Virus record (IMG/VR): IMGVR_UViG_3300046786_000414
Coordinates: 1 to 45,203 of that record
Direction: 5' to 3' (one strand)
Source: a virus
Lineage: Duplodnaviria > Caudoviricetes
DNA length: 45,203 nucleotides
Under the pieces are notes generated by a model. That model saw nothing but the letters and a program-made list of their open reading frames with translations. It did not search any database and was not told the origin of the DNA. Positions 44,788 through 45,203 of this stretch are shown here, piece by piece. How positions within the stretch are numbered: position 1 is the stretch's first letter; the number at the start of each line of letters is the position of its first letter. The position numbers and the translations under genes are program-made.

Positions 44788-45203
44788 TTCACGTCACCAA
44801 TGAAGCGGACCGCAATGCGAGTCGTTGACTCAACGTGATAGGCCAGTAAATCCACAGCGTTGGCCGTTGTAGTGAGTGTCGGTGCCGTGCCCCCTGGGAA
44901 CTTGAAGACACTGTTGTAGGCGAGTGTTCTGGAGCCGGTGCCGTTTTGGACCACACGGATCACACCGCTCTGACCAGCGACAACATTCGTCGGGGCACCA
45001 AGGGTGCGGTTACCGCCAAGGGTGACCTGGAACTGATTGCCGAGGCTCAGGTCTGTGGCAATCGTTGCTGCATCGGTGAGCGTGACGTAGGCGCCGCGTT
45101 GAGCAGCAGTGAAGGTCTGTGCAACGTCGGTCTTGGCCGTATCTGCGTCATAGCTCTGCACCGTGGTGCCGATGGCGCTGGTCGCCAGGTAGCTGCTCAT
45201 CCC
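44784..45203 (-). CDS. 3' part of a second copy of the gp17-like gene, truncated by the window edge
   Basis: Protein nearly identical to the C-terminal 138 aa of 3319..5004. Confidence 0.8.
   Translation of the reverse strand, partial: GMSSYLATSAIGTTVQSYDADTAKTDVAQTFTAAQRGAYVTLTDAATIATDLSLGNQFQVTLGGNRTLGAPTNVVAGQSGVIRVVQNGTGSRTLAYNSVFKFPGGTAPTLTTTANAVDLLAYHVESTTRIAVRFIGDVK

Overview
The window is a near-complete genome of a temperate T7-like (Autographiviridae) podophage, probably infecting a GC-rich picocyanobacterium. The host is inferred from the cyAbrB-like gene and the MarR-integrase-tRNA-Leu attP-RNA polymerase layout. It encodes a single-subunit RNA polymerase, SSB, endonuclease, primase-helicase, exonuclease, portal, scaffold, capsid, tail tube proteins, internal virion proteins, both terminase subunits and an endolysin. 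No DNA polymerase and no photosynthesis genes are recognisable. Unlike T7, it is transcribed on both strands, with two late-gene blocks inverted. The two ends of the window carry different versions (1053 aa and 801 aa) of the same receptor-binding-protein gene between homologous flanks. They share short identical DNA blocks at domain borders and diverge between them, which suggests a modular recombination cassette. A recurrent 14-bp palindrome (TTGACACCRYTCAA) marks many gene starts and strand switches. All calls come from reading motifs and synteny by eye; no searches were run.
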